The notes under the pieces are model-generated. The model did no database searches. It saw nothing but the letters and a program-made list of their open reading frames with translations, and had not been told where the DNA came from. This document shows positions 22,512-30,288 of a stretch of 64,000 nt of DNA, piece by piece. Source of the stretch: Myxococcota bacterium. Its GTDB lineage: Bacteria; Myxococcota_A; UBA9160; UBA6930. Where the stretch lies: positions 4,064,001-4,128,000 of the forward strand of contig OZ245002.1 in assembly GCA_965223415.1 (NCBI GenBank). Direction: 5' to 3'. The first letter of the stretch is position 1; each line of letters begins with the position of its first letter. A program made the translations under genes and the position numbers.

Positions 22512-23186
22512 CTACCTGCCGGGCGAGGCGATGTGGGGGAGGGCGCGGAAGTGCTCGGTCTCGCTGAAGACGGCGAGGGGGTCCCAGCCTTTCATGGAGG
22601 ACATCCGGACGACGTCGGTGGTCATGGCGCCGGTGGGGTCGATGATCCAGGGATCGGAGCCGTCGCCGAACCACAGACCCACCATGTGATGGAGGGCGTC
22701 GCTGCGGCGGCGCACGATGGCGAGGTAGAGCTCGTCCCGCTCGAAGCCCAGCTCGAGGAGCAGCCGGTGGGTCAGGAAGGCCAGGCCGTCGCAGTCGTCG
22801 CCGCCGGCCTCGAGCACCTCGCGCACGGTGGGCCAGATGTCGATGCCCGGGTCCGGCACGAAGTGAAGCTGTGCCTGGCCCTGGATCCATTCGGCGACGC
22901 CCTCGGCCTGCCTGCGACGCTCGCCGCGGAGGAAGGACTCGTAGGCGCCGGCCAGCTCGGGCTCCTCCGTCACCGATGCGGGCTTCGCGTCTCCGGGAGG
23001 CGGCGCATCGGCGCGGGCGCGGGCCTGCCAGTCGAGGATCGGGCGGCGCCAGGGATCGTGGGCGGCCGGCTTCTCGAACCAGCTGTAGTGCCGGACGACA
23101 CCGCCGGGAAGCACGCAGCTGCCGAGCAGGAGGCTCAGCGCCGCGAGTCCGGCGGCGAGGCCCCCCCGCCTCGTCACCTCGCTCAT
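22512..23186 (-). CDS. Lipoprotein with a transglutaminase-like cysteine protease domain (BTLCP/LapG-like)
   Basis: Lipobox LLGSC and a candidate triad from DDCDG, HHMV and WIIDPT. Confidence 0.6.
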   Translation of the reverse strand: MSEVTRRGGLAAGLAALSLLLGSCVLPGGVVRHYSWFEKPAAHDPWRRPILDWQARARADAPPPGDAKPASVTEEPELAGAYESFLRGERRRQAEGVAEWIQGQAQLHFVPDPGIDIWPTVREVLEAGGDDCDGLAFLTHRLLLELGFERDELYLAIVRRRSDALHHMVGLWFGDGSDPWIIDPTGAMTTDVVRMSSMKGWDPLAVFSETEHFRALPHIASPGR

Positions 23187-23231
23187 GAACTCGCATTTCG
23201 GCCGCAGCCGCGCCGGGCTTGAGCGAGGGGC

Positions 23232-24917
23232 TCATGCCTCCGCGAGACAGCGGTCGATGCGGCGGAGCACGCTCTCCCGTCCCAGGATGGCGAGGGTCTC
23301 GCCCAGGGCCGGGCTCGCCGCGGCGCCGGTGAGGGCGACGCGCAGGGGCTGGGCCACCTTGCCCATGCCGAGGCCGTGGGCTTCCGCCACCGCTGCCGCG
23401 GCAGCCTCGATGGCCTCCGGCTCGAAAGGCTCCACGGCGGCCACGGCCTCCCGGAGCTCGGGAAGCAGGGCCCGGCCCGAGGGATCCCCCTTGTCCAGGA
23501 ATTTCCCCACCGCCTTCGGGTCGAAGCCGTACCCGTCGTCCTCCACCAGCGCGAAGGCACCCGGGCCGCCGGGCGCGGTGGGCTCGGCCAGGGTCCGGCT
23601 GCGCGGCTTCATGGCGGCGGCGAAGCGCGCGCGGCCGGGCCCTTCGAGGCGGCCGAGCACGTCCGGTGCATAGCGCGCGCACCAGTCCTCCCAGTGGCCC
23701 TGGAAGCGGGCGTCGTCCATCGTGCCGAGGGTCTCCTGGCTGAACGCCAGCAGCTTGGCCCGGTCGAAGCGGGCGTTGCCCTTGCCGATCCGCTCGAGGG
23801 CGAAGTGCTCCGCCAGGAAGGCCGGGTCGAATCGCTCCAGGTCCTTGCCGTCTCCGTCCTTCCGGCCCGGGCTCCAGCCGAGGAGCGCCAGGAAGTTCAC
23901 GACCACGTCGGGCAGGTAGCCGCCGTGCCGGAAGTCCTCGACATCGATGCCCGGCAGGTCGAGCTCGAGCAGGCTCTCGACCTCGAGCAGGTCGCTGCTC
24001 CCGAGCTGCGACTTCTTGTCGGCGAGCCAGCGGTCGAGCATCGGCAGGTCGACCACGCCGGCGAGCCTCGCGCGCGTGCCGTCCGCATCGGTGGCCAGGG
24101 CTTCGCGCACGGCCATGCGCGCCACCTTGTCCTTGTCCCGCTTCGACATCTTCGAGCCGTCCGGGTTGAAGATGACGGGGAGGTGGGCGTAGACCGGTTC
24201 GCGGAAGCCCAGCGCCCGCTGGAGCGCTACGTGCCGCGGCGTGTTGCCCAGGTGCTCCTGGCCGCGCAGCACGTGGGTCACGCCCATGGCCTGGTCGTCG
24301 ACGACCACGGCCAGATGATAGGTGGGAAATCCGTCGCGCTTGCGGACGACGAAGTCGTCGAGCTGGTCCTCGGGGAAGGCGACGGGGCCCAGGATGCGAT
24401 CCTCGACCGACACCTCCTCTTCCGGCATGCGGAAGCGCACCACGTGGGGCTCGCCGCCTTCGACCCGGGCGAGGGCGGCGTCGCGGTCGAAGCCGGCCGG
24501 GCGGCGGTAGCGAAAGTTGCGCTTGGCCTCGCGGGCCTCCCGGCGCAGGGCGTCGAGCTCTTCCGGGCTCTCGAAGGCAGGGTACGCCAGGTCGCGCTCG
24601 ACCAGCGAGGCGATCGCCTCGTCGTAGCGCACCTTGCGCTCGGACTGGAAGAAGGGGCCCACGCCGCGCGGGTCGCCGCCCTGGCCGTCATGCTCCGGGC
24701 CCTCGTCCCAGTCGAGGCCGAGCCAGGCCAGGTCGTCGAGAATGCCGCGCACTGCTTCCGGCGACGAGCGGGCCTGGTCCGTGTCCTCGATGCGCAGCAG
24801 GAACCGGCCGCCGAGCCGGCGGGCCAGCGCCCAGTTGAAGAGCGCCGTGCGCGCGCCGCCCACGTGCAGGTGCCCCGTCGGCGAAGGCGCGAAGCGCGTG
24901 ACGACCGGTGCGCTCAA
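23232..24917 (-). CDS. gltX: Glutamate--tRNA ligase
   Basis: TRFAPSPTGHLHVGG, LRIEDTD, LRGQEH, KMSKR and PLRVALTG. TTG start at 24917 overlaps the upstream TGA. Confidence 0.95.
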   Translation of the reverse strand: MSAPVVTRFAPSPTGHLHVGGARTALFNWALARRLGGRFLLRIEDTDQARSSPEAVRGILDDLAWLGLDWDEGPEHDGQGGDPRGVGPFFQSERKVRYDEAIASLVERDLAYPAFESPEELDALRREAREAKRNFRYRRPAGFDRDAALARVEGGEPHVVRFRMPEEEVSVEDRILGPVAFPEDQLDDFVVRKRDGFPTYHLAVVVDDQAMGVTHVLRGQEHLGNTPRHVALQRALGFREPVYAHLPVIFNPDGSKMSKRDKDKVARMAVREALATDADGTRARLAGVVDLPMLDRWLADKKSQLGSSDLLEVESLLELDLPGIDVEDFRHGGYLPDVVVNFLALLGWSPGRKDGDGKDLERFDPAFLAEHFALERIGKGNARFDRAKLLAFSQETLGTMDDARFQGHWEDWCARYAPDVLGRLEGPGRARFAAAMKPRSRTLAEPTAPGGPGAFALVEDDGYGFDPKAVGKFLDKGDPSGRALLPELREAVAAVEPFEPEAIEAAAAAVAEAHGLGMGKVAQPLRVALTGAAASPALGETLAILGRESVLRRIDRCLAEA

Positions 24918-26296
24918 CCGGCCGTACCTTCTTTCAGCACGATGCGCACGACGCCCTTCACGTTGGCGCAGGCCGAAGGCGCGTTCTCCACGTGCTCGGG
25001 GATCAGCAGCCGGAACGGGCCCCCCTTGCCCGCCGGCAGGGGCTCGCCGTCCAGGGTGTGGAGGAGCACGCCCTGGCGCAGGGCGTCCAACGGGACCGGC
25101 TCGCTGGTGAAGCCGTCGGCGGCGCACACGACGGCATGTCCGCCGGCCGGCAGCTCGTGGGACGTCCACAGGGCTTCGATCCGAGCGCCGGCGCCGGCGC
25201 GCTTCGGGAAGAGTGTCGACACGTCGGGGATGCTGTCCGGAAGATCCGCCAGCTCCTTGCGTCCGAGGATGCGCACCCGCCCGTCCGGCAGCGCCAGCTC
25301 GATCTCGTGGGTCTTCGCCTCGAGCTCCTCGTCGGACAGCATCGCGTCGCGCAGCCAGGTGGCGGCGCGATCGAGCGGATCGCCGTCGCCCTCGTCGGCG
25401 AAGATCGCGTCGGCCCGGCTGTCCCGGCGATGCAGGCTGCGCGCCTCGTGGAGCGTGCCGCCCGCCACCTCGAGGAGCAGGAAGCCCTCGTCCGTGCGGA
25501 AAATGCCCTTGAAGCGGGCGAGGGGTGCGCCGGCCAGCCCCTGACTCATGCGCAGCACGGCGCGGGACAGCCGCTCGCGGGAGAACACGCGGTCGGGCGA
25601 CCAGCGCCAGGAGCGCGCCCGGAAGCCCTCCGTCGACGCGCCACCGTGACGGTGATCGTGGGCGTCGGCGTGGCCGGTCGCCTCCCGGGAGAGCCGGGCG
25701 CCCTCGTCCTCGGGCCACTCCATCAGCTCGGGCGGCACCTGCCCCCGGGTGGTGCAATGGACGGCGAGGGGGCCGGGCCAGAGCTCGGCGGCGAAGGCGT
25801 CGAAGCGCTCCAGGGCCGCGGCGTCGCACAGGTCCGTGCGATTGGCCACGAGCACGTCGGCGATCTCCGCCTGGTGGGCGACCAGGGCACGCTCCTCGTC
25901 GCTCGCCGCGTCGAGCCGCGCCGGGTCGACCAGCACGATCACCGGGGCCATCTCCAGGGAGGCCGCGTGGGGCGAGCGCCGGATCGTGTCCACCAGGTCC
26001 TGGGGGCGGGCCAGGCCCGTCGGCTCGATGAGCAGGCGGTCGGGGCCGCGCTCGACGATCTCGCCGAGGGCGTCGACGAAGCCCTCGGGTGCCGTGCAGC
26101 AGACGCAGCCGCCCGGGATGTTGGTGATCTCGTAGGGCCGGTCGCCGGCCAGGGTGGCCTCGTCGAGGGAGGCCTCGCCGAAGTCGTTCACCAGGACGGC
26201 GAGCTGCTCGTCCCGGCGGCGGGCGAGCTGGTCTCGGATGAACGTCGTCTTCCCGGTGCCCAGGAAGCCGCCGACGATGTGGACGGGGATGGCCAT
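24914..26296 (-). CDS. COG0523/CobW-family metallochaperone GTPase with an extra C-terminal Oxidored_molyb-like domain
   Basis: GGFLGTGKTT, VNDFG, GGCVCC, IEPTGLA and RFKGIF; C-terminal DGEPLPAGKGGPFRLLIP...NVKGVVRI. Confidence 0.85.
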   Translation of the reverse strand: MAIPVHIVGGFLGTGKTTFIRDQLARRRDEQLAVLVNDFGEASLDEATLAGDRPYEITNIPGGCVCCTAPEGFVDALGEIVERGPDRLLIEPTGLARPQDLVDTIRRSPHAASLEMAPVIVLVDPARLDAASDEERALVAHQAEIADVLVANRTDLCDAAALERFDAFAAELWPGPLAVHCTTRGQVPPELMEWPEDEGARLSREATGHADAHDHRHGGASTEGFRARSWRWSPDRVFSRERLSRAVLRMSQGLAGAPLARFKGIFRTDEGFLLLEVAGGTLHEARSLHRRDSRADAIFADEGDGDPLDRAATWLRDAMLSDEELEAKTHEIELALPDGRVRILGRKELADLPDSIPDVSTLFPKRAGAGARIEALWTSHELPAGGHAVVCAADGFTSEPVPLDALRQGVLLHTLDGEPLPAGKGGPFRLLIPEHVENAPSACANVKGVVRIVLKEGTAG

Positions 26297-26356
26297 GATC
26301 TTCTCTCTCGCGGGGGCAGCCGAGGATAGCCGCTTGCTCCGGCGGGCCGGCGCGCG

Positions 26357-26956
26357 ATGCTCCGCCCGGTGAAGATCCTCTCCGCCGACATCGTGGCCAG
26401 CGCCGTCGACCCCTCCGGCTGGCCGCCGCCGGACCTGCCGGAGGTGGCCGTGATGGGGCGATCGAACGTCGGCAAGTCGAGCCTGCTCAACAAGCTGGTT
26501 GCGCGGCGGCAGCTCGCCCGGACCAGCGGGACGCCCGGGAAGACGCGCCTGCTCCACTTCTTCGAGGTCGGGCTGCCCGGCACGCGCCTGCGGCTCGTGG
26601 ACCTTCCCGGCTACGGCTACGCGAAGGTGTCCCAGCAGGAGCGTCGGCGCTGGCGCCGCATGATCGAGGCGTACCTGGGCGAACGCGAGAACCTGCGGGC
26701 GGCGCTCCTGCTCCAGGACGTGCGGCGGGATCCCGGAGAGGACGAGCTCGACCTGATCGCCTGGCTGGCGGAGCGGGAGATCCCGGTGGTCGTGGCGCTG
26801 ACGAAGCTCGACAAGCTCAAGGCGAAGGAGAAGACGAAGCGTCTACGCGCCCTGGCCGAGGCCCTGCCGGTCCAGGCGGACTGGCGGATCGAGACCTCGG
26901 CGAAGACCGGAGCGGGGGTCGAGCGGCTCTGGCAGGTGCTGCTCACGCTGCTCTGA
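26357..26956 (+). CDS. yihA: Ribosome biogenesis GTPase YihA/EngB
   Basis: GRSNVGKSS, TPGKT, VDLPGYGYA and TKLDK. Confidence 0.95.
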   Translation: MLRPVKILSADIVASAVDPSGWPPPDLPEVAVMGRSNVGKSSLLNKLVARRQLARTSGTPGKTRLLHFFEVGLPGTRLRLVDLPGYGYAKVSQQERRRWRRMIEAYLGERENLRAALLLQDVRRDPGEDELDLIAWLAEREIPVVVALTKLDKLKAKEKTKRLRALAEALPVQADWRIETSAKTGAGVERLWQVLLTLL

Positions 26957-27056
26957 ACGACAGCCCCCAGGCGCGCACCGAGTGGTTTTCGGCACATACC
27001 CAGCACACGAAACGGGTTCCTGGTGCACCTCGCCGCGCAGTAGCCCGGAGAGAAGA

Positions 27057-27136
27057 ACGCAAGAGGGGGGACGTTCCTTGCATCTTGCGCTTTCAGCGGA
27101 AAGCGCAAGATGCAAGGAACGTCCCCCCTCTTGCGT
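27057..27136. repeat. Perfect palindrome with 38-bp arms and a 4-nt loop (REPIN/MITE-like)
   Basis: ACGCAAGAGGGGGGACGTTCCTTGCATCTTGCGCTTTC, then AGCG, then its exact reverse complement; lies between the convergent yihA and cofE. Confidence 0.95.
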
Positions 27137-27143
27137 CTTGGGG

Positions 27144-27902
27144 CTAGCGGAAGAGGTCGGTGGCGGGGTCGCGGAGGAGGTGGGTGGCGACGCTGCCGTC
27201 TCCTTCGAGCGGGAGGCCGGTGGCCCAGACGGAGGGCGTGCCGGCGGCCTTCCCCATCAGCAGGCCGGCGCCGGCGGCGAGCATGTCGACGGTGGCGGGG
27301 GTGGTGACGACGAGTTCGCGGCCGCGGCGGTCGGCGCCGCCGCGGAGATCGTCGATCGGCGCGATGCCGGCGCTGCCGATCGCGACGTCGACGAGGCCTT
27401 CGCGCCAGGGGCGGCCGAAGGTGTCGGTCACGACCACGGCCAGGGGGCCGGCCCCTCTCGCGACGAGCGCTTCGCGGAGGCGCCGGGCCGAGGCGTCCGG
27501 CTCCTCGGGCAGCAGGATCACCACCTCGTCGTCGGGCGTGTTCGACTGGTCGACGCCTGCGTTCGCGCACACGAAGCCGTGGCGGGTCTCGCAGATCAGT
27601 ACCCCGTGGCCGCGGCGCACGACGCGCTTCGTCTCGCGCAGCACCACCTCGATGTGGCGCGGATCCTTCTCGTGCTCCCGGGCGATGCGCAGCGCCTCTT
27701 CGGAGGGCTCGACCTGGCGAAGGTCGACGAGCCGTCCCTCCGCCTTCGAGACGATCTTCTGGCAGACGACGAGCACGCCGCCGCGGAGCTCGACCCCGGT
27801 CTCCCGGGCGGCCTCCAGGTGCAGTGCCGCCAGATCGGCGCCCGGTTGCACCTCCGGCAGGCCCTCCAGGGCCACGAAGGACAGCCGGCGCGGCTCGCTC
27901 AC
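27144..27902 (-). CDS. cofE: Coenzyme F420-0:L-glutamate ligase
   Basis: GLPEVQPGADL, QKIVSKAEGR, HGFVCANAGVDQSN, DTFGRPWREG and DLFR. GTG start at 27902. Confidence 0.93.
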   Translation of the reverse strand: MSEPRRLSFVALEGLPEVQPGADLAALHLEAARETGVELRGGVLVVCQKIVSKAEGRLVDLRQVEPSEEALRIAREHEKDPRHIEVVLRETKRVVRRGHGVLICETRHGFVCANAGVDQSNTPDDEVVILLPEEPDASARRLREALVARGAGPLAVVVTDTFGRPWREGLVDVAIGSAGIAPIDDLRGGADRRGRELVVTTPATVDMLAAGAGLLMGKAAGTPSVWATGLPLEGDGSVATHLLRDPATDLFR

Positions 27903-28549
27903 GGGCGCCGCTCCAGGCCCAGCACGGCCAGCAGGGCGCGGGTCCGGCGGGCCGGCGCGTCGCTCTCGAGCAGGGCCTCGAGGTCGTCGGGCCGGTCCAG
28001 ATCGATCGCGAGGGAGGGCAGGGGGCAGCGGCGGAAGCGGACGCCGGCCTCCTCGGCGGCCGCCTGATGGGCGGCCGCGCTCTCCTTGCCGAAGCGCGAG
28101 GGGATCGCGTCGAAGGGCGCGCGCAGGAGCGCGGCGGTGCCCCCGTCCCGGGAAGGCGCCAGCACCGCCGAGGGCTCCCCGAGCTCCGTCCCGGCCCGGA
28201 AGAGCGCTCGCAGATCCTCCGGCGCCGCGCCGGGCACGTCTCCGAGCACGACCAGCAGCGCCTCCAGGCCGCGCTTGGCGAGGACCGCCGTCGCGCCGTC
28301 CAGGGAGGGGTTCAGCCCCGGGTCGCCGCGCACCATCGCCTCGGCGCCGCCCGCCTCCGCCGCCCGTCCCACCTCCGGATCCGGCGTCACCACGACGCGT
28401 CGGTCGATCTCGGGGACTCCTGCCAGCGCCTCGAGCACGTCGCCTAACATCGCCAGGCACAGCGCCTCGATCGCCGTGCGCGGGAGCGCGCCCAGCAGCC
28501 GCGACTTGCCCGCGTCGAGCCGCTTGATCGGGACCAGGGCGACGTTCAT
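27899..28549 (-). CDS. cofC: 2-phospho-L-lactate/PEP guanylyltransferase
   Basis: VPIKRLDAGKSRL, AMLGDVL, GLN, GDVP, DGGTAAL, FG..S...H and DLDRPDDL. Confidence 0.9.
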   Translation of the reverse strand: MNVALVPIKRLDAGKSRLLGALPRTAIEALCLAMLGDVLEALAGVPEIDRRVVVTPDPEVGRAAEAGGAEAMVRGDPGLNPSLDGATAVLAKRGLEALLVVLGDVPGAAPEDLRALFRAGTELGEPSAVLAPSRDGGTAALLRAPFDAIPSRFGKESAAAHQAAAEEAGVRFRRCPLPSLAIDLDRPDDLEALLESDAPARRTRALLAVLGLERRP

Positions 28550-29484
28550 CGAAGCCGAGCGGCCAGGGCCAGGGTCGTCCCGGCGAGGGAGGCGGCCACC
28601 TCCGGCGTCCGCATCAGCGTCTCGGTCACCTCGCAGGCCATGCCCTGCGCCTCGACGTCGGCCTGCTGGGCGGCGTCGCGGTGGTCGATGACCAGGCCGC
28701 CCAGGAGCCCCGCGTAGTGTCCCGCGACGCCGCGGGCCGATACCTCCACGCCGATGCCGCGCAGGAGCCGATCTGCAGGCCCCTTCACCGGCGCGCCACC
28801 GATGATCGGCGAGATGCCGACGACCGGCGGCGCGCCTTCGCGCAGCGCGCGCCGCACACCGGGCACCGCCAGGATCGGCCCGATCGACACCACCGGGTTG
28901 CTGGGACACACCACCACGATCTCGGCCTCGCCGAGGGCCTCGAGCACGCCGGGCGCCGGCCGCGCCGCCGCCGCCGGCGCCAGGTCGACCGCGGCCACGT
29001 CGTCCGGCGCACCGTCCCGCGCCAGGTACTCCTCGAAGTGCACCCGGCTTCCGCCCGAGAGCTCCACGTAGGTCGGCGCCGGGTCCTCGCTCATCGGCAG
29101 GATGCGCACGTCCACGCCGTAGGCGCGGGTCACCTCCGCCGTGATCTCCGTTAGCCCTGCGCCCTCCCGCAGGCGCAGGCTGCGATGCAGGGCGGTGGCC
29201 AGGTCCCGGTCGCCCAGGCGGAACCAGGTCTCGTGGCCCAGCGCCTCCAAGGCGTCCACCACTGCGAAGCCGTCGCCCTCGAGGCCGTAGCCCCGCTCCG
29301 GGTCCACCCGTCCGGCCAGGGTGTAGGTGACGATGTCGAGATCCGGCGAGACATGCACGCCGTAGAACTCGCGATCGTCGCCCGTGTTCACCACGATGGT
29401 GAGCTCGGCCGGTTCGACGACCCGCACCAGGCCGCGCAGGAACCGGGCTGCCCCTACGCCACCGGCCAGGGCGACCACGCGCAT
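28546..29484 (-). CDS. cofD: 2-phospho-L-lactate transferase
   Basis: LAGGVGAARFL, VNTGDD, SPDLD, WFRLGDRD, PSNPVVSIGPIL and KGPA. Confidence 0.93.
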   Translation of the reverse strand: MRVVALAGGVGAARFLRGLVRVVEPAELTIVVNTGDDREFYGVHVSPDLDIVTYTLAGRVDPERGYGLEGDGFAVVDALEALGHETWFRLGDRDLATALHRSLRLREGAGLTEITAEVTRAYGVDVRILPMSEDPAPTYVELSGGSRVHFEEYLARDGAPDDVAAVDLAPAAAARPAPGVLEALGEAEIVVVCPSNPVVSIGPILAVPGVRRALREGAPPVVGISPIIGGAPVKGPADRLLRGIGVEVSARGVAGHYAGLLGGLVIDHRDAAQQADVEAQGMACEVTETLMRTPEVAASLAGTTLALAARLR

Positions 29485-29494
29485 GGCGCCGGGC

Positions 29495-30106
29495 CTACTC
29501 CGCGCCTTCGTCTCGCGCCCGGAGGGCGGCGCGTTGGTCGCGCAGCGAGCGAAGCTCCTTGAGCCGCTGGGGCAGACGCATCGCGATGGTCTTGAAGGCC
29601 TCGTTCTCGTCGGACGCCAGCGGGCCGCCGGAGTTCGGGTCACTGACCATCGTCTTGAGCGCGTCCTCGTCCTCGCGGATCACGTTCTCGAGCTCGGCGA
29701 TGCGCAGGTCGATGTCGAACAGCGCCACGGCCCGCTCTTCGCGCTGCTCCTCCTGCACCTCCGGATCGACGTGGGGGACGTCGCCGTCTTCGTACCAGCC
29801 CTCCGGGTCGGGAGCGACGGCGCGATCCCGGGACGCCCAGGCGTCCGAGGTGCCGCCCACGGCGGCGCCCGGCGACGTGTCCGAGAGGCCTCCCAGCCGC
29901 CCGCGGAGTGCGGCGGGAATCCGCCCGGGCTCGGTCGTGTAGTGGGCGATGCCGTTCTCGTCGATCCAACGGTAGATGCGCGGGGTCGAGGCGGCGGCCC
30001 CTTCCGGCTCGGCATCCTGGGCCGCGGCCACGAGTGGCAGCGCGAGCACGCAGAGGGCGAGCCCCAGGGTGAGCCAGCCTCGGCGTCGCGCAACGGGACG
30101 TTCCAT
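29495..30106 (-). CDS. Secreted DUF4124-domain protein with a C-terminal coiled coil
   Basis: Signal peptide, then IYRWIDENGIAHYT...P, then an acidic coiled coil. Confidence 0.75.
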   Translation of the reverse strand: MERPVARRRGWLTLGLALCVLALPLVAAAQDAEPEGAAASTPRIYRWIDENGIAHYTTEPGRIPAALRGRLGGLSDTSPGAAVGGTSDAWASRDRAVAPDPEGWYEDGDVPHVDPEVQEEQREERAVALFDIDLRIAELENVIREDEDALKTMVSDPNSGGPLASDENEAFKTIAMRLPQRLKELRSLRDQRAALRARDEGAE

Positions 30107-30260
30107 GGCGCGATTCTTGGGAAGGGGTGGGGGTCCGTCAAGGCGAGGCCCCGTCGGCAGGGTCTCCGGGTTCACGGGAGGTTCAGGCCGCGGGTTCACG
30201 CCCGCCCAAGGCCGACCCGGGAAGTGGCCGGCTTGCAAGGCTTCGGCAGGTCCCCGGCGA

Positions 30261-30276
30261 TGGCACGGCCCTTGCG
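30261..30276 (+). promoter_or_regulatory. Sigma54 (RpoN) -24/-12 promoter
   Basis: TGGCAC-GGCCC-TTGC is an exact match to TGGCAC-N5-TTGC. Confidence 0.7.
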
Positions 30277-30288
30277 ATGACGCCCGCC

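Noticed and set aside
27057..27136. Palindrome as the REP substrate of the RAYT at 11206-12057, or as an IS630-derived MITE
   Set aside because: It has no visible similarity to the RAYT-flanking core or to the IS630 TIRs.
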